A DNA stretch of 45,964 nt from Terriglobia bacterium (GTDB lineage Bacteria; Acidobacteriota; Terriglobia; UBA7540), in assembly GCA_020072905.1 (NCBI GenBank), contig JAIQGB010000060.1:1-45964 (forward strand), read 5' to 3'. Positions 34,556 through 43,506 of the stretch are shown piece by piece. The translations under genes and the position numbers were made by a program. The stretch's first letter is position 1. Each line of letters starts with the position of its first letter. Below the pieces are notes generated by a model. That model searched no databases. It was not told the DNA's origin and saw nothing but the letters and a program-made list of their open reading frames with translations.

Positions 34556-37263
34556 TCAACCACCTCACGGAATGTCCTGGACCAGACCGCAGCCAGGGAG
34601 GAAGTGAAATCTTGCCAGATGGCCCGCCCGCCCTCGGTCAGAATCAACCGGGGTTCTTCAATGACCTCGCCGAGAACGTAATGGGGAACCTTGGATAGGG
34701 ACGATTCCGAGCCAGGCGCAATCTCGAGAAGCGCCGACCCGATGAACTCTCCGAACAGCAGGCCGTCGCGCCGACCCGCCACGGAAACGTCGAGGTCGAT
34801 TCGAGCCCCCAAGCCCGACCCGAAGGACGCTTCGAAGATGCGCAACATCAGACCACCTTCGGCAATGGCCGACCCTGATAGATAAACACCTTCGCGACGA
34901 AGACGGAGCAGAGCGTCCCACTGCTCTCGAATCGCGACGCCATCGTAGGCATCAAAGAGCCGGTCGCCGCGCTGTCCGTAGCTGTCGGCATAGACGCTGC
35001 CGCCCAGCTGCTGGGGATCGGCGCGGCCCACCAGCACGATCTTGTTCCCTGCGCGCTTGAAATCCTTGGTCACAATCTTCTTCACGTCCGGCACGCGGCC
35101 CAGTACGCTCACAACTAGGGTGGGAGGCACGTCAATGCGCCGGCCCGCACTCTCCATAGTCCCCGAGCTGGAGTCTTTCCCGGAAATGAACGGGACCCCC
35201 AACTGCTCGGAGAGGTCGGCAATCGTCTCGACCATGCGCTTCAAGTCCCAGGCGACGTCGGGCCGCAGCCGCGGTGTATAGAAATTGTCGCACAGGGCCA
35301 TTTCATGATAATCGGCGCCGGCCACCACAGCCTTGGTGATGGCTTCGATCATCATCAGACGCGCCATTGCCGCCGGATCGATCTCCCCGTAAAAAGGGTT
35401 GAACGCCACTGTCGTGATGACGCCGCAGGTTTTCCCGCGCAGCGGCGCCGAAACGTAAAGGTTGGTCGGCATGCGATGGTTCCTGCCACCGAAGGGACCG
35501 AGGGCGGTTCTGCCCTGCACGGTGGTGTCGAACCGCGACCCCGCCGCCTGTTGGTCGGCGCAATGGTAGTGGCCCAACACGCGCCGGACGGCTTCTCCCC
35601 ACTCACCGGGCGTTGTCGGTTCAGGAATGTTCAGCGGCGCAAGCTCCCGCCGAGGTTCCGCCACCACCGTCGCATCGATGGGGCACGCCTCCCACAGGAA
35701 AGACACTTCGAGATCCACAATCTTCTGCCCGTGCCAGAAGACTTCCAACCGCTTGTTGTCCGTGAAGCGGCCGAGCGCCGTGTGCAGGACTTCGTATCGG
35801 TCGAGAATGGCCTGCGCCTCGGCGAGCTTTTCCGGCGGCACGGCGACTAACATCCGTTCCTGGGACTCTGAAAGGAGAATCTCCCACGCGGTCAGACTGC
35901 GGTCTTTGAGCGGCACCTGATCGAGGCCCACGCGGACGCCTGTTTCCGCGCCCATCTCGCCCGCCGCGCAGGAGATGCCGCCCGCGCCGAGGTCGGTAAT
36001 GGAGCGAACGCACCCGGCATCGCGCAGGACAGGGATGGCCGAAGTGAATTTGCGCTCCGTAATCGGGTGGCCGATCTGCACAGCGGCAAATTCCTTTTCG
36101 AGCGTTTCGCCGGTCATGCCGGTCGAGCTGGCGGTCGCTCCGTGAATGCCGTCGCGGCCGGTCTCCCCTCCGATGAGCAGCGCCACATCGCCGGGCCGCG
36201 GCTCCTCCTTGATGGCGTACTGGCGCGGGATCAGTCCTACGGAATGCCCGAGCGCGAAGCACTTCGCGTATCCGGGATGAATCCGGTAGACGGGATGCAT
36301 CATCGGGATGCCCATCGGATTCGTGTAATAGGCCGTGGCGCGAATGGATTCCGACACGATGAGTTGCGGATGCAGCGCCCCGGCGGGCACGTCGGCGTCA
36401 GGCAGTCGCGGATCCATGGTGCCCATGATGGTTGACCCGCCGATGGGGTACCCGCCTTTGCCGAATCCCAGCGTGTCGCGGATGACCCCGCCATGCTTGG
36501 TGGCGATCCCGCCAAAAGGGGCGATCGAACTGGGAAAGTTGTGCGTCTCACCCTTGATCGTGACCACCCAATCCTCGTAAAACTCGATTCCCCCCGCGTT
36601 ATCCTTGAACGACGAAACCACCAGAGGATGGTTGATGCGCGCCGTTGCCGCGGAAAGCCGCTTGAGAAGCCCCAGGCTTTTCCACGTGGTGTGAAAACAG
36701 TGGTCGCTCCAGCTCTGCGCGAGGATTTCAATCTCCGCGTCGGTGTGCGGCCGGCCCTGCGCGAGCTCGTGGCCTTGGATGGCCTTCATCTGAGAGAGTG
36801 GCGCGTACCAGGAACGTGCATGGGAGAGTTCCTCCAGCTCTTTGTCGCCGAGTCCGGCCAGAGAAATCGAGTGGACCGGATCGGGCGTGCCGGTGGGGCG
36901 CAGCGTGGTGACCACCTCGCCGGGCTCGCGAACCCGTTCGACGATCCGGTTGTAAAGGAAGCGCGCCGCCAGCTTTCGTGCCTCGGCCTCCTCCGGCCCA
37001 ACGAATTGGTACCGGCGGCTGAGCCGCGCGAACTCCAGCCCGTTTTCGCCGAGGGCCCGCGCGCCAGCCAGAATCGACGGCGTCTCCGGGTCGGTTACCG
37101 CCGGGCGGTAAGCGATCTCCACGATCGGGCCGCGTGCCGGGTCAAGTTGCGTCCGTTCCGAGGAATCCTGATAAAGCGGGTTGACCAGGAGGGAGAGAAG
37201 CCGTTCGACGTTGACCTCTCCCGCATCGTCTTTGTAGAGGGTGTAGATGGTATGAATGGGCAT
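34552..37263 (-). CDS. purL: Phosphoribosylformylglycinamidine synthase subunit PurL with an N-terminal PurS-like extension
   Basis: The AIR-synthase-like duplicated core shows SDHCFHTTWKS and GGETGRDGIHGATASS. At 903 aa it is longer than the roughly 740 aa of stand-alone PurL. The first approx. 150 aa include a PurS-like pattern (VTDPE..I......LG....ARLSRRY.F......A..LA..FLYN.IVE). Confidence 0.9.
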   Translation of the reverse strand: MPIHTIYTLYKDDAGEVNVERLLSLLVNPLYQDSSERTQLDPARGPIVEIAYRPAVTDPETPSILAGARALGENGLEFARLSRRYQFVGPEEAEARKLAARFLYNRIVERVREPGEVVTTLRPTGTPDPVHSISLAGLGDKELEELSHARSWYAPLSQMKAIQGHELAQGRPHTDAEIEILAQSWSDHCFHTTWKSLGLLKRLSAATARINHPLVVSSFKDNAGGIEFYEDWVVTIKGETHNFPSSIAPFGGIATKHGGVIRDTLGFGKGGYPIGGSTIMGTMDPRLPDADVPAGALHPQLIVSESIRATAYYTNPMGIPMMHPVYRIHPGYAKCFALGHSVGLIPRQYAIKEEPRPGDVALLIGGETGRDGIHGATASSTGMTGETLEKEFAAVQIGHPITERKFTSAIPVLRDAGCVRSITDLGAGGISCAAGEMGAETGVRVGLDQVPLKDRSLTAWEILLSESQERMLVAVPPEKLAEAQAILDRYEVLHTALGRFTDNKRLEVFWHGQKIVDLEVSFLWEACPIDATVVAEPRRELAPLNIPEPTTPGEWGEAVRRVLGHYHCADQQAAGSRFDTTVQGRTALGPFGGRNHRMPTNLYVSAPLRGKTCGVITTVAFNPFYGEIDPAAMARLMMIEAITKAVVAGADYHEMALCDNFYTPRLRPDVAWDLKRMVETIADLSEQLGVPFISGKDSSSGTMESAGRRIDVPPTLVVSVLGRVPDVKKIVTKDFKRAGNKIVLVGRADPQQLGGSVYADSYGQRGDRLFDAYDGVAIREQWDALLRLRREGVYLSGSAIAEGGLMLRIFEASFGSGLGARIDLDVSVAGRRDGLLFGEFIGSALLEIAPGSESSLSKVPHYVLGEVIEEPRLILTEGGRAIWQDFTSSLAAVWSRTFREVVE

Positions 37264-37384
37264 GATGGTCGTGTCCTGCCAGCCGCCCGAGGTGGGAACT
37301 CGTCGGCCAGCTCTGGGAAGGCTGGACCCGCATCAACTTCTGGACGAGGTGTTGCGAGGAGACGGCTCGTGAGTCCAGCGCAGC

Positions 37385-37412
37385 ATTATATCCGGGATAG
37401 GCAGGAAGGCAA
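37385..37412 (-). promoter_or_regulatory. Sigma70-like promoter candidate for purLQ
   Basis: On the minus strand, TTGCCT, a 16-nt spacer and TATAAT. This would give a leader of about 115 nt ahead of the purL ATG. Confidence 0.3.
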
Positions 37413-37584
37413 CCTTCACCCCCGGCGAATTCTCTATTCTGAAGGTGGCGTCCAGGGGGCGGCAGGCGGGGGGCACCGCGCGAAGTCCCGGCCGCTCCCC
37501 ATCGTTTGTTCTGCTTGATTCTGCCTGGGTACGGGCGTACATTAGGCGAAAGGGATGGCTCGCCAGGCCAACAGGAAGGTGTCT

Positions 37585-38187
37585 ATGAATCTCCAGCGTA
37601 TCCTCGTTGCGAGCGCCTTGGCGCTGGCAATCGCCGCAGTGGTCCCGCTCAGCGCCCAAACTAAGGGGCAGTCAACCTCCCTGGCTGATCTTGCCAAGAA
37701 GCTCAAAGCCGAGCGAACAACATCGGGACAAAAGCCCGTCCGAGTTTTCACCAATGACAACCTGCCGCGCGGGCCGGGGTCTGGCGGCATTTCAGTCGTC
37801 GGTTCCATGTCCGCGGTGACGCCAAGTCAACCGAGTCAGCCCGCGGGGGAGGCAGCGGCTGGGACCGCCGCCGGGGCCTCGGCGGCAGAGTCCTCGGGCG
37901 CCCACGATGAGAAATATTACCGCGAGCGGATGTCCGACCTGCGGGCGCGGCTGGAATTGCACCAGCGTGAGCTCAGTGTCCTTCAGCAAAAGGAGGGGCA
38001 AGGTGAGATGCAGTACTATTCCGATCCGAACAAAACGCTCCAGCAGGAATACTCACGCTCGGACATCAACAACCGAAACGACGAGCTGGCCAAAAAGCAG
38101 GCGGAGATCGACGCCGACAACCGCGCCATTCAAGACTTGCTGGATCAACTCCGCCACGAAGGAGCCCCCTCGGGCTGGCTGCGGTAG
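37585..38187 (+). CDS. Secreted coiled-coil protein, paralog 1 (function unknown)
   Basis: ATG 37585 with AGGAAGG upstream. It has a signal peptide. It carries an N-terminal motif SLADLAKKLK....KPVRVFTNDNLP, an Ala/Pro/Ser-rich linker, a coiled coil, and a C-terminal GAPSGW. Confidence 0.6.
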   Translation: MNLQRILVASALALAIAAVVPLSAQTKGQSTSLADLAKKLKAERTTSGQKPVRVFTNDNLPRGPGSGGISVVGSMSAVTPSQPSQPAGEAAAGTAAGASAAESSGAHDEKYYRERMSDLRARLELHQRELSVLQQKEGQGEMQYYSDPNKTLQQEYSRSDINNRNDELAKKQAEIDADNRAIQDLLDQLRHEGAPSGWLR

Positions 38188-38279
38188 CTCCCCCTTGCCT
38201 TGGTGTGACGGGGGCCACCGTCTGTGGGCCCTAGCTGGCGGACGAAGGCATTTCAGCTTAAGAGATCGAGCGAGGTGAT

Positions 38280-38861
38280 ATGAAAAAGCGGCTCCTCCTT
38301 TGGGTCGGAGTAAGCGCAGCGCTGATGCTCGCTGCGTCCCTCATCTTCGCGCAAAGTCTGGGCGACCTGGCGCGCGCCGAACGCGCCAAGCGGGAGAAAG
38401 AGGGGAAGAAGCCCGTCAAGGTCATCACCAACGATAACCTGCCGCCGCGCCCGCCGGGCGAAGGCCTCACAGCCGCGAGTTCCATGTCCGCGATGCCGCC
38501 CGCCGAGGAAGTGTCCCCCACGCCACCGGAACCGGCTTCCCCGGCCACGGAGGCCGCCGGTGGAGATAAGGAGAAGACACCCGAATACTGGCAAGAACAG
38601 TTCAAGTCGCTCAGGAAGACGCTCACCGACGACGAAGAGCAGCAACGCCTGGCCGAAGACGAATTGAGCCTCCTGCAGCTTCAGCAGGCGCGGGAGCTAT
38701 CCCCGGACGTGCAAGGTCAACTGGAAGCACAGGTCAAATCAAAGACCGCGGAAGTCGAAGCCAAGCGTGAGGAGACAGCGAAGACCCGCAAGGACATGGA
38801 CGATCTCGAAAAGGAATTCAAGGACAGCGGCGCGCCCGCCGATTGGAGCAAGACCGATTAA
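38280..38861 (+). CDS. Secreted coiled-coil protein, paralog 2 (function unknown)
   Basis: Same architecture as the preceding gene: signal peptide, SLGDLARAERAK....KPVKVITNDNLP, Pro-rich linker, coiled coil, and C-terminal GAPADW. Confidence 0.6.
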   Translation: MKKRLLLWVGVSAALMLAASLIFAQSLGDLARAERAKREKEGKKPVKVITNDNLPPRPPGEGLTAASSMSAMPPAEEVSPTPPEPASPATEAAGGDKEKTPEYWQEQFKSLRKTLTDDEEQQRLAEDELSLLQLQQARELSPDVQGQLEAQVKSKTAEVEAKREETAKTRKDMDDLEKEFKDSGAPADWSKTD

Positions 38862-38903
38862 CGCCGCGTTTCATGAATTGGTGGCACGTCGCATGGGCAC
38901 CCC

Positions 38904-38999
38904 GTCATGCTGAGCGAAGCGAAGCATCTGCAGTAGCTTCAGACCAGCAGAAAATGCAGATTCTTCGCCCCGATGAACTCCATCGGGGCTCAGAATGAC
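38904..38999. repeat. Nested palindromic REP/MITE-like element (GTCATKCTGAGCGAAGCGAAG family)
   Basis: Left arm is GTCATGCTGAGCGAAGCGAAGCATCTGCA (38904-38932). The right arm (38955-38999) reverse-complements to GTCATTCTGAGC[CCCGATG-GAGTT-CATCGGG]GCGAAGAATCTGCA. The bracketed part is an inner perfect 8-bp hairpin, CCCCGATG/CATCGGGG, at 38968-38988. Confidence 0.75.
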
Positions 39000-39026
39000 A
39001 TCCCGCAAGGGCTTCTTGGCGACCGA

Positions 39027-39785
39027 CTAAGCCTTCACCCCCAAGTGCAAAGCCGCTACGCCTGCGGTGAAGTTTCGATACGTGACCTCCCGAAATCCGA
39101 CTCCCCGCATGGCGGTCGCAAGTTCCTCCTGGCTCGGAAAACGAGAAACCGAGTCAGGCAAGTACTGATAGGGACCGGAGACGCCGGAAATCCATGTGCC
39201 CAGACGGGGAAGGATGTGATGAAAGTAGAAGCGGAAGAGCGGCCCGAACACCGGCCAGCGAACCGTTGAAAATTCCAGGATGGCGAGCGTGCCGCCACGC
39301 CTCAGCACGCGGTGCATCTCGCCAAGGCCCTCCTGATAGTTTGCGAGATTCCGGAACCCGAACGCCACACTCACTACGTCCAGAGAATCATTCCGAAACG
39401 GCAGCGTCAGCGTATCGGCCTCGAGGAAGAAGAGCTTCCCTGCCCGCTGCTTCCCCTTCTCTCTGGCCCGCTGAAGCATGGGACGGCAGAAATCGGTTCC
39501 CAGAACCCTGCCTTCCGAATGGTGTGCGAGGGCCAGAGCCAGATCGCCCGTCCCGCAACAGACGTCCACCGCCAACGAGCCAGGCCGCGCGAGGGCGTGG
39601 CGCAAGGCGCGCGCTGTGGCCTTCCGCCAGGCGATGTCACGGCCGAGAGATAAAAAGTGGTTCAGGAGGTCGTATCGTCGCGCCACCGCCGCAAACATGG
39701 CGCGCACGGCGCGAGCCGTTGATTGCCGGTCGTCGGGATTTCCCAGCGGGCTTCCCCGCGACGCAACCGACGAGGACTTACTCAT
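39027..39785 (-). CDS. menG: Demethylmenaquinone / ubiquinone C-methyltransferase (UbiE/MenG family)
   Basis: Motifs: FAAVARRYDLLNHFLSLG.D..WR, the SAM-binding DVCCGTGDLA, and FGFRN. ATG 39785 overlaps the aroB stop by 8 nt (ATGAGTAA). Confidence 0.85.
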   Translation of the reverse strand: MSKSSSVASRGSPLGNPDDRQSTARAVRAMFAAVARRYDLLNHFLSLGRDIAWRKATARALRHALARPGSLAVDVCCGTGDLALALAHHSEGRVLGTDFCRPMLQRAREKGKQRAGKLFFLEADTLTLPFRNDSLDVVSVAFGFRNLANYQEGLGEMHRVLRRGGTLAILEFSTVRWPVFGPLFRFYFHHILPRLGTWISGVSGPYQYLPDSVSRFPSQEELATAMRGVGFREVTYRNFTAGVAALHLGVKA

Positions 39786-40890
39786 GCCGGTCGGCTCGCT
39801 GGACGTCGTAAAAGGCAGCTTCCACGGCGAAGGAAGGGACATCCGCCACGATGCGGACTTTGCCGATTCGCTCCGGCAGGACCCAATGGATTCTTCCTCC
39901 CACGGCTTTCTTGTCGCGGGGCAGCAATCGCCACACGCGCTCCGCTTTCAGGTCGCGAACCGGCGGCAAGGGTCCGAGGCGCCGGATGACGGCCGCGATC
40001 CTCTGTGACTCCGCCGGGCCGAGCAGGCCCAGGATTTCCGCCAGCCGCAAGGCCGCCAGCATGCCCCATCCCACCGCTTCGCCGTGCAGGAACCGCCGGT
40101 AGCCGGTGGCTTCCTCGAGGGCGTGGCCGAAGGTGTGCCCCAGGTTCAGCACACGTCGCAGGCCCGCTTCCTTCTCATCGCGGCTGACCACATCCGCTTT
40201 CACCCGGGCGGCGCGCGCCAGCAGTGGCCCGAGCGTCGCCGCGCGCTCCGGCCGAAGTCCGTCGAGGGCGCGCTCCACTTCGGCGAAGAGCCTTGGCCCC
40301 GAGAGTACGGCGTGTTTGACGACTTCAAAGAAGCCGGAGCGGAAGGCGCGTTCATTGAGCGTCGAGAGCACGCTGGGGTCAGCCACCACCAGCCGCGGCG
40401 GAAAGAACGTGCCGATCAGGTTTTTCATCGCACCCACATTGACGGCGGTTTTGCCGCCGATGGCGCTATCCACTTGGGCTACAACAGTAGTAGGAACTTG
40501 CACACAATCAATGCCGCGCATGTACGTCGAGGCAACAAAGCCACCGAGGTCCCCAATCACGCCGCCCCCGAAGGCAATAATCAGCGATCGCCGGTCCGCG
40601 CCCTGCTTGAGAAGTTCGCCGGCCACTCGTTCGACCATGCGGAGGCTCTTCGACGCCTCACCGGAAGGGACGAATAGGGAGCGGGCAGCCTTCAGCCCGC
40701 TCGCCCTCAGGAACGGCCTTCGCCATTGATTCCACAGCCCGCGCTCGGTAAGGAGAAAGGTTGAGGTGTAGTCGCTCTGCGCGAGCTTCCGCAGCGCCCG
40801 CCAAGCGCCGCGGCCCACCAGAATGTCGTAAGGAATCGTTTGCGAAGTAACGTGAAGTCGTTGCATACCACCCCAGGAGAGGTCGGTCAT
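39778..40890 (-). CDS. aroB: 3-dehydroquinate synthase
   Basis: Motifs: GGGVIGDLGGFVASTYMRGI, VPTT..AQVDSAIGGKTAVN, LNLGHTFGHALE, and HGEAVGWGM. Confidence 0.9.
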   Translation of the reverse strand: MTDLSWGGMQRLHVTSQTIPYDILVGRGAWRALRKLAQSDYTSTFLLTERGLWNQWRRPFLRASGLKAARSLFVPSGEASKSLRMVERVAGELLKQGADRRSLIIAFGGGVIGDLGGFVASTYMRGIDCVQVPTTVVAQVDSAIGGKTAVNVGAMKNLIGTFFPPRLVVADPSVLSTLNERAFRSGFFEVVKHAVLSGPRLFAEVERALDGLRPERAATLGPLLARAARVKADVVSRDEKEAGLRRVLNLGHTFGHALEEATGYRRFLHGEAVGWGMLAALRLAEILGLLGPAESQRIAAVIRRLGPLPPVRDLKAERVWRLLPRDKKAVGGRIHWVLPERIGKVRIVADVPSFAVEAAFYDVQRADRHE

Positions 40891-41018
40891 TCCAAGCGAA
40901 GCCTACTGATAGCACACGGGCCCGAGAGCGGCAAGCCTTGAGCGGGCGGGTGCGATGAACGGATCAGGGGGCACATCTGCTCCGCTGCGGGTCCGCCGCC
41001 CACTCATCGCCGGATCGA

Positions 41019-41504
41019 TCACTTGGGCTCGGTATATTCCGCGGCGGTCACATTGGAAGGTTCATCCGTCAAGGATCTCCCGGGCTGGTAGGCCGCTTTC
41101 TCGTACTTGTCGCCCACCTTGCGGAGGACGTCGTGCCACCCATCGTCCCAGCTAACCCGGGCCGCCCCGTCGACCACCGTCCAAGTGCCTTTCTCCGCCC
41201 CGAGCGTCTTCCGCGCCACGCCATCGGGTTTCAGGGTGATGAAGAATTTCCTGCCCGTGCCATCGTCAACCCTCCATCTTCCCAGGAAGTGCGCCCGACC
41301 GGCTATAGCGGCGCTGCTGCCGGGAGTATTGAATTCGATTCGGGCAATATCCTCGACACGGAAACTCTGCCGGCGTCCATCCTTGAAAACAATGACGATT
41401 GTGCCGGGGCCGCCTTCCTCCGCCGCCCTTGCTTGCGGCGTGGCGACGGGAACCACACACACGAGCACTGCCAGAGCCCAGACAACCCTTACCAGACTGC
41501 GCAT
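41019..41504 (-). CDS. Secreted hypothetical protein
   Basis: ATG 41504 preceded by GAGGAGG. It has a signal peptide (VVWALAVLVCVVPVATPQARA). I recognise no family. A short TIVIVFKDGRRQSFRVEDIARIEF beta-hairpin-like motif is present. Confidence 0.55.
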   Translation of the reverse strand: MRSLVRVVWALAVLVCVVPVATPQARAAEEGGPGTIVIVFKDGRRQSFRVEDIARIEFNTPGSSAAIAGRAHFLGRWRVDDGTGRKFFITLKPDGVARKTLGAEKGTWTVVDGAARVSWDDGWHDVLRKVGDKYEKAAYQPGRSLTDEPSNVTAAEYTEPK

Positions 41505-41750
41505 GGATTTCCTCCTCAGGAGCATCAAAACGCATCCTCTCGGTCTAGGCAATTATACGGAACTCTTCCCCCAACTGTTCCGTTATGTATGGTGCCTTGA
41601 AGGTCCTTTGTTCCGGGGGCAGTGGCGGAGGGGAAGGCGCGGGGAGCAGATGCAGCCGGCTGAGGCATTTGGGCCGATCAGGTTGCGTCGAAGGCTGAGA
41701 GACTCCGCCAAGATTCGTGGACCAGTTGCGAAGATGCAAATCGGCAGGCT

Positions 41751-43406
41751 ATGATGATGGCGCTTATGCAGCGGTCGAAAAACCATAAGGTGGATTTTCT
41801 TGTCCTCGGGAGCGGCATCGCGGGCGTCCGGGCGGCCATTGAACTGGCCCGCGCCGGCCATGTGCTCATGCTGAACAAGGGAGCGCTTTACGAGTCCAGC
41901 ACGGAGTACGCGCAAGGCGGAATCGCCGTGGTGCTCGGTGAAGACGACGAGGTCTCACTCCACCTTCATGACACGCTGCAGGCCGGCGACGGCTTGTGCC
42001 GCGAGGAAGCTGTCCGCATTTTGGTCGAAGAGGGTCCCCACCTCATCCAGGAATTGATCGAGTGGGGGATGAAGTTTGACCGCAACGGAACCAAGCTGGC
42101 CTTTACCCGCGAAGGCGCCCACAGCCGGTCGCGCGTCCTGCACGCGCACGGAGATTCCACTGGACGCGAAATCCTCCGCGCCCTCATGGCCAAGGCCAAG
42201 TCCCTGCACACCATCCAGATTCAGCCGTATGCCTTCGCCGTCGATCTCCTGGCGGAAGGGCGGCGCGTGGTGGGCACCGAATATCTCGACGAGAAGACGG
42301 GCATGGTGAACCAAGTCGTGGCGAGCGCCGTCCTCCTCGCTACCGGCGGCATGGGCCAAGTCTACAAGGAAACCACCAACCCGGCGGTGGCAACCGGCGA
42401 CGGCGTGGCGATCGCTTGGCGCGCGGGGGCAACGCTCAGTGACATGGAATTCGTGCAGTTCCACCCCACGGCGCTCTACGTCCAAGGGGCGCCGCGCTTT
42501 CTGCTTTCCGAGGCGTTGCGCGGTGAGGGCGCCCAGTTGCGAAATATCGACCTCGAGCGATTCATGCCGCGCTACCACGAGGCGGCGGAACTGGCGCCGC
42601 GCGACATCGTCTCCCGCGCCATGGTGATGGAAATGCATCGGTGCAAGAGCGAATTCGTTTACCTTGACCTGACCGGCCTCGATGCCGAGCACGTCAAGAA
42701 GCGATTCCCCCGCATCTACTCGACCTGCCTGGAATACAACCTCGACATCACGGCCGATCTGATGCCCGTCCGGCCGGCCGCGCACTATGCCATGGGCGGC
42801 GTAGCCACCGACCTCGACGGCTCCACCGACCTCGCGGGGCTTTTCGCGGCCGGCGAAGTCGCGGCGACCGGCGTCCACGGAGCGAATCGCCTGGCCAGCA
42901 ATTCCCTGCTCGAAGGGCTCGTCTACGGCGCGCAGGCGGCGCGGGCGATGAGCGGGCAGAAGACCACCTCTGCGGTGGTCCGGGGTGAAAACCCGTCACA
43001 AATGCCGCTGACCGTTTCCAACCCCGATGAAACCAAAGCTGTCCCGGACGTCGAACCCATCCTCTGCACGGTGCGCAATCTGCTGTGGGAAAAAGTGGGC
43101 ATCATCCGCAGCGGTAAGGATCTGAGCGAGGCCGTGAAGCGCCTCGACTCCCTCACCTTGCCGACACCGGCTTCCCCTTCGAGGCCGTACTACGAAGCGC
43201 TGAACATCCTGGAAGTGGCGCGCGTCATCGCCCGGTCGGCGCTGGCGCGTGAGGAGAGCCGTGGCGCTCACTACCGCACCGATTATCCCCTGAAGGGCGA
43301 AACCACACCGCCCCGGCACTCTTTTGTTTCCCGCGACACCGCGCTCCAGTTCAGCCCGGACCCCCCTCGCGTCGGCAGCGCCGCTCCCCGCGCCAGCGGC
43401 CGTTGA
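41751..43406 (+). CDS. nadB: L-aspartate oxidase
   Basis: FAD-binding motif DFLVLGSGIAGV, plus QGGIA, HPTAL, and the C-terminal SRGAHYR. Several in-frame ATGs lie at 41751-41766, so the exact start is uncertain. Confidence 0.9.
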   Translation: MMMALMQRSKNHKVDFLVLGSGIAGVRAAIELARAGHVLMLNKGALYESSTEYAQGGIAVVLGEDDEVSLHLHDTLQAGDGLCREEAVRILVEEGPHLIQELIEWGMKFDRNGTKLAFTREGAHSRSRVLHAHGDSTGREILRALMAKAKSLHTIQIQPYAFAVDLLAEGRRVVGTEYLDEKTGMVNQVVASAVLLATGGMGQVYKETTNPAVATGDGVAIAWRAGATLSDMEFVQFHPTALYVQGAPRFLLSEALRGEGAQLRNIDLERFMPRYHEAAELAPRDIVSRAMVMEMHRCKSEFVYLDLTGLDAEHVKKRFPRIYSTCLEYNLDITADLMPVRPAAHYAMGGVATDLDGSTDLAGLFAAGEVAATGVHGANRLASNSLLEGLVYGAQAARAMSGQKTTSAVVRGENPSQMPLTVSNPDETKAVPDVEPILCTVRNLLWEKVGIIRSGKDLSEAVKRLDSLTLPTPASPSRPYYEALNILEVARVIARSALAREESRGAHYRTDYPLKGETTPPRHSFVSRDTALQFSPDPPRVGSAAPRASGR

Positions 43407-43506
43407 CATCCATTCCTCGCCTGCAAAATCCTTCCACTCGATGCCCCATTCCATCCCCCGCTCGCCGTGGGTTCCGCCGGAAATTCAACTGACCAAATAA
43501 AGGAAG

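Noticed and set aside
37264-37384. ZTP (pfl) riboswitch upstream of purL
   Set aside because: The partial resemblances (CGGGCGGCTGGCAGG versus the CCGCCTGGGC-type 3' element) are too weak, and the 5' GGGTCGTGAC-like core is absent. I keep it only as a generic structured-leader candidate.
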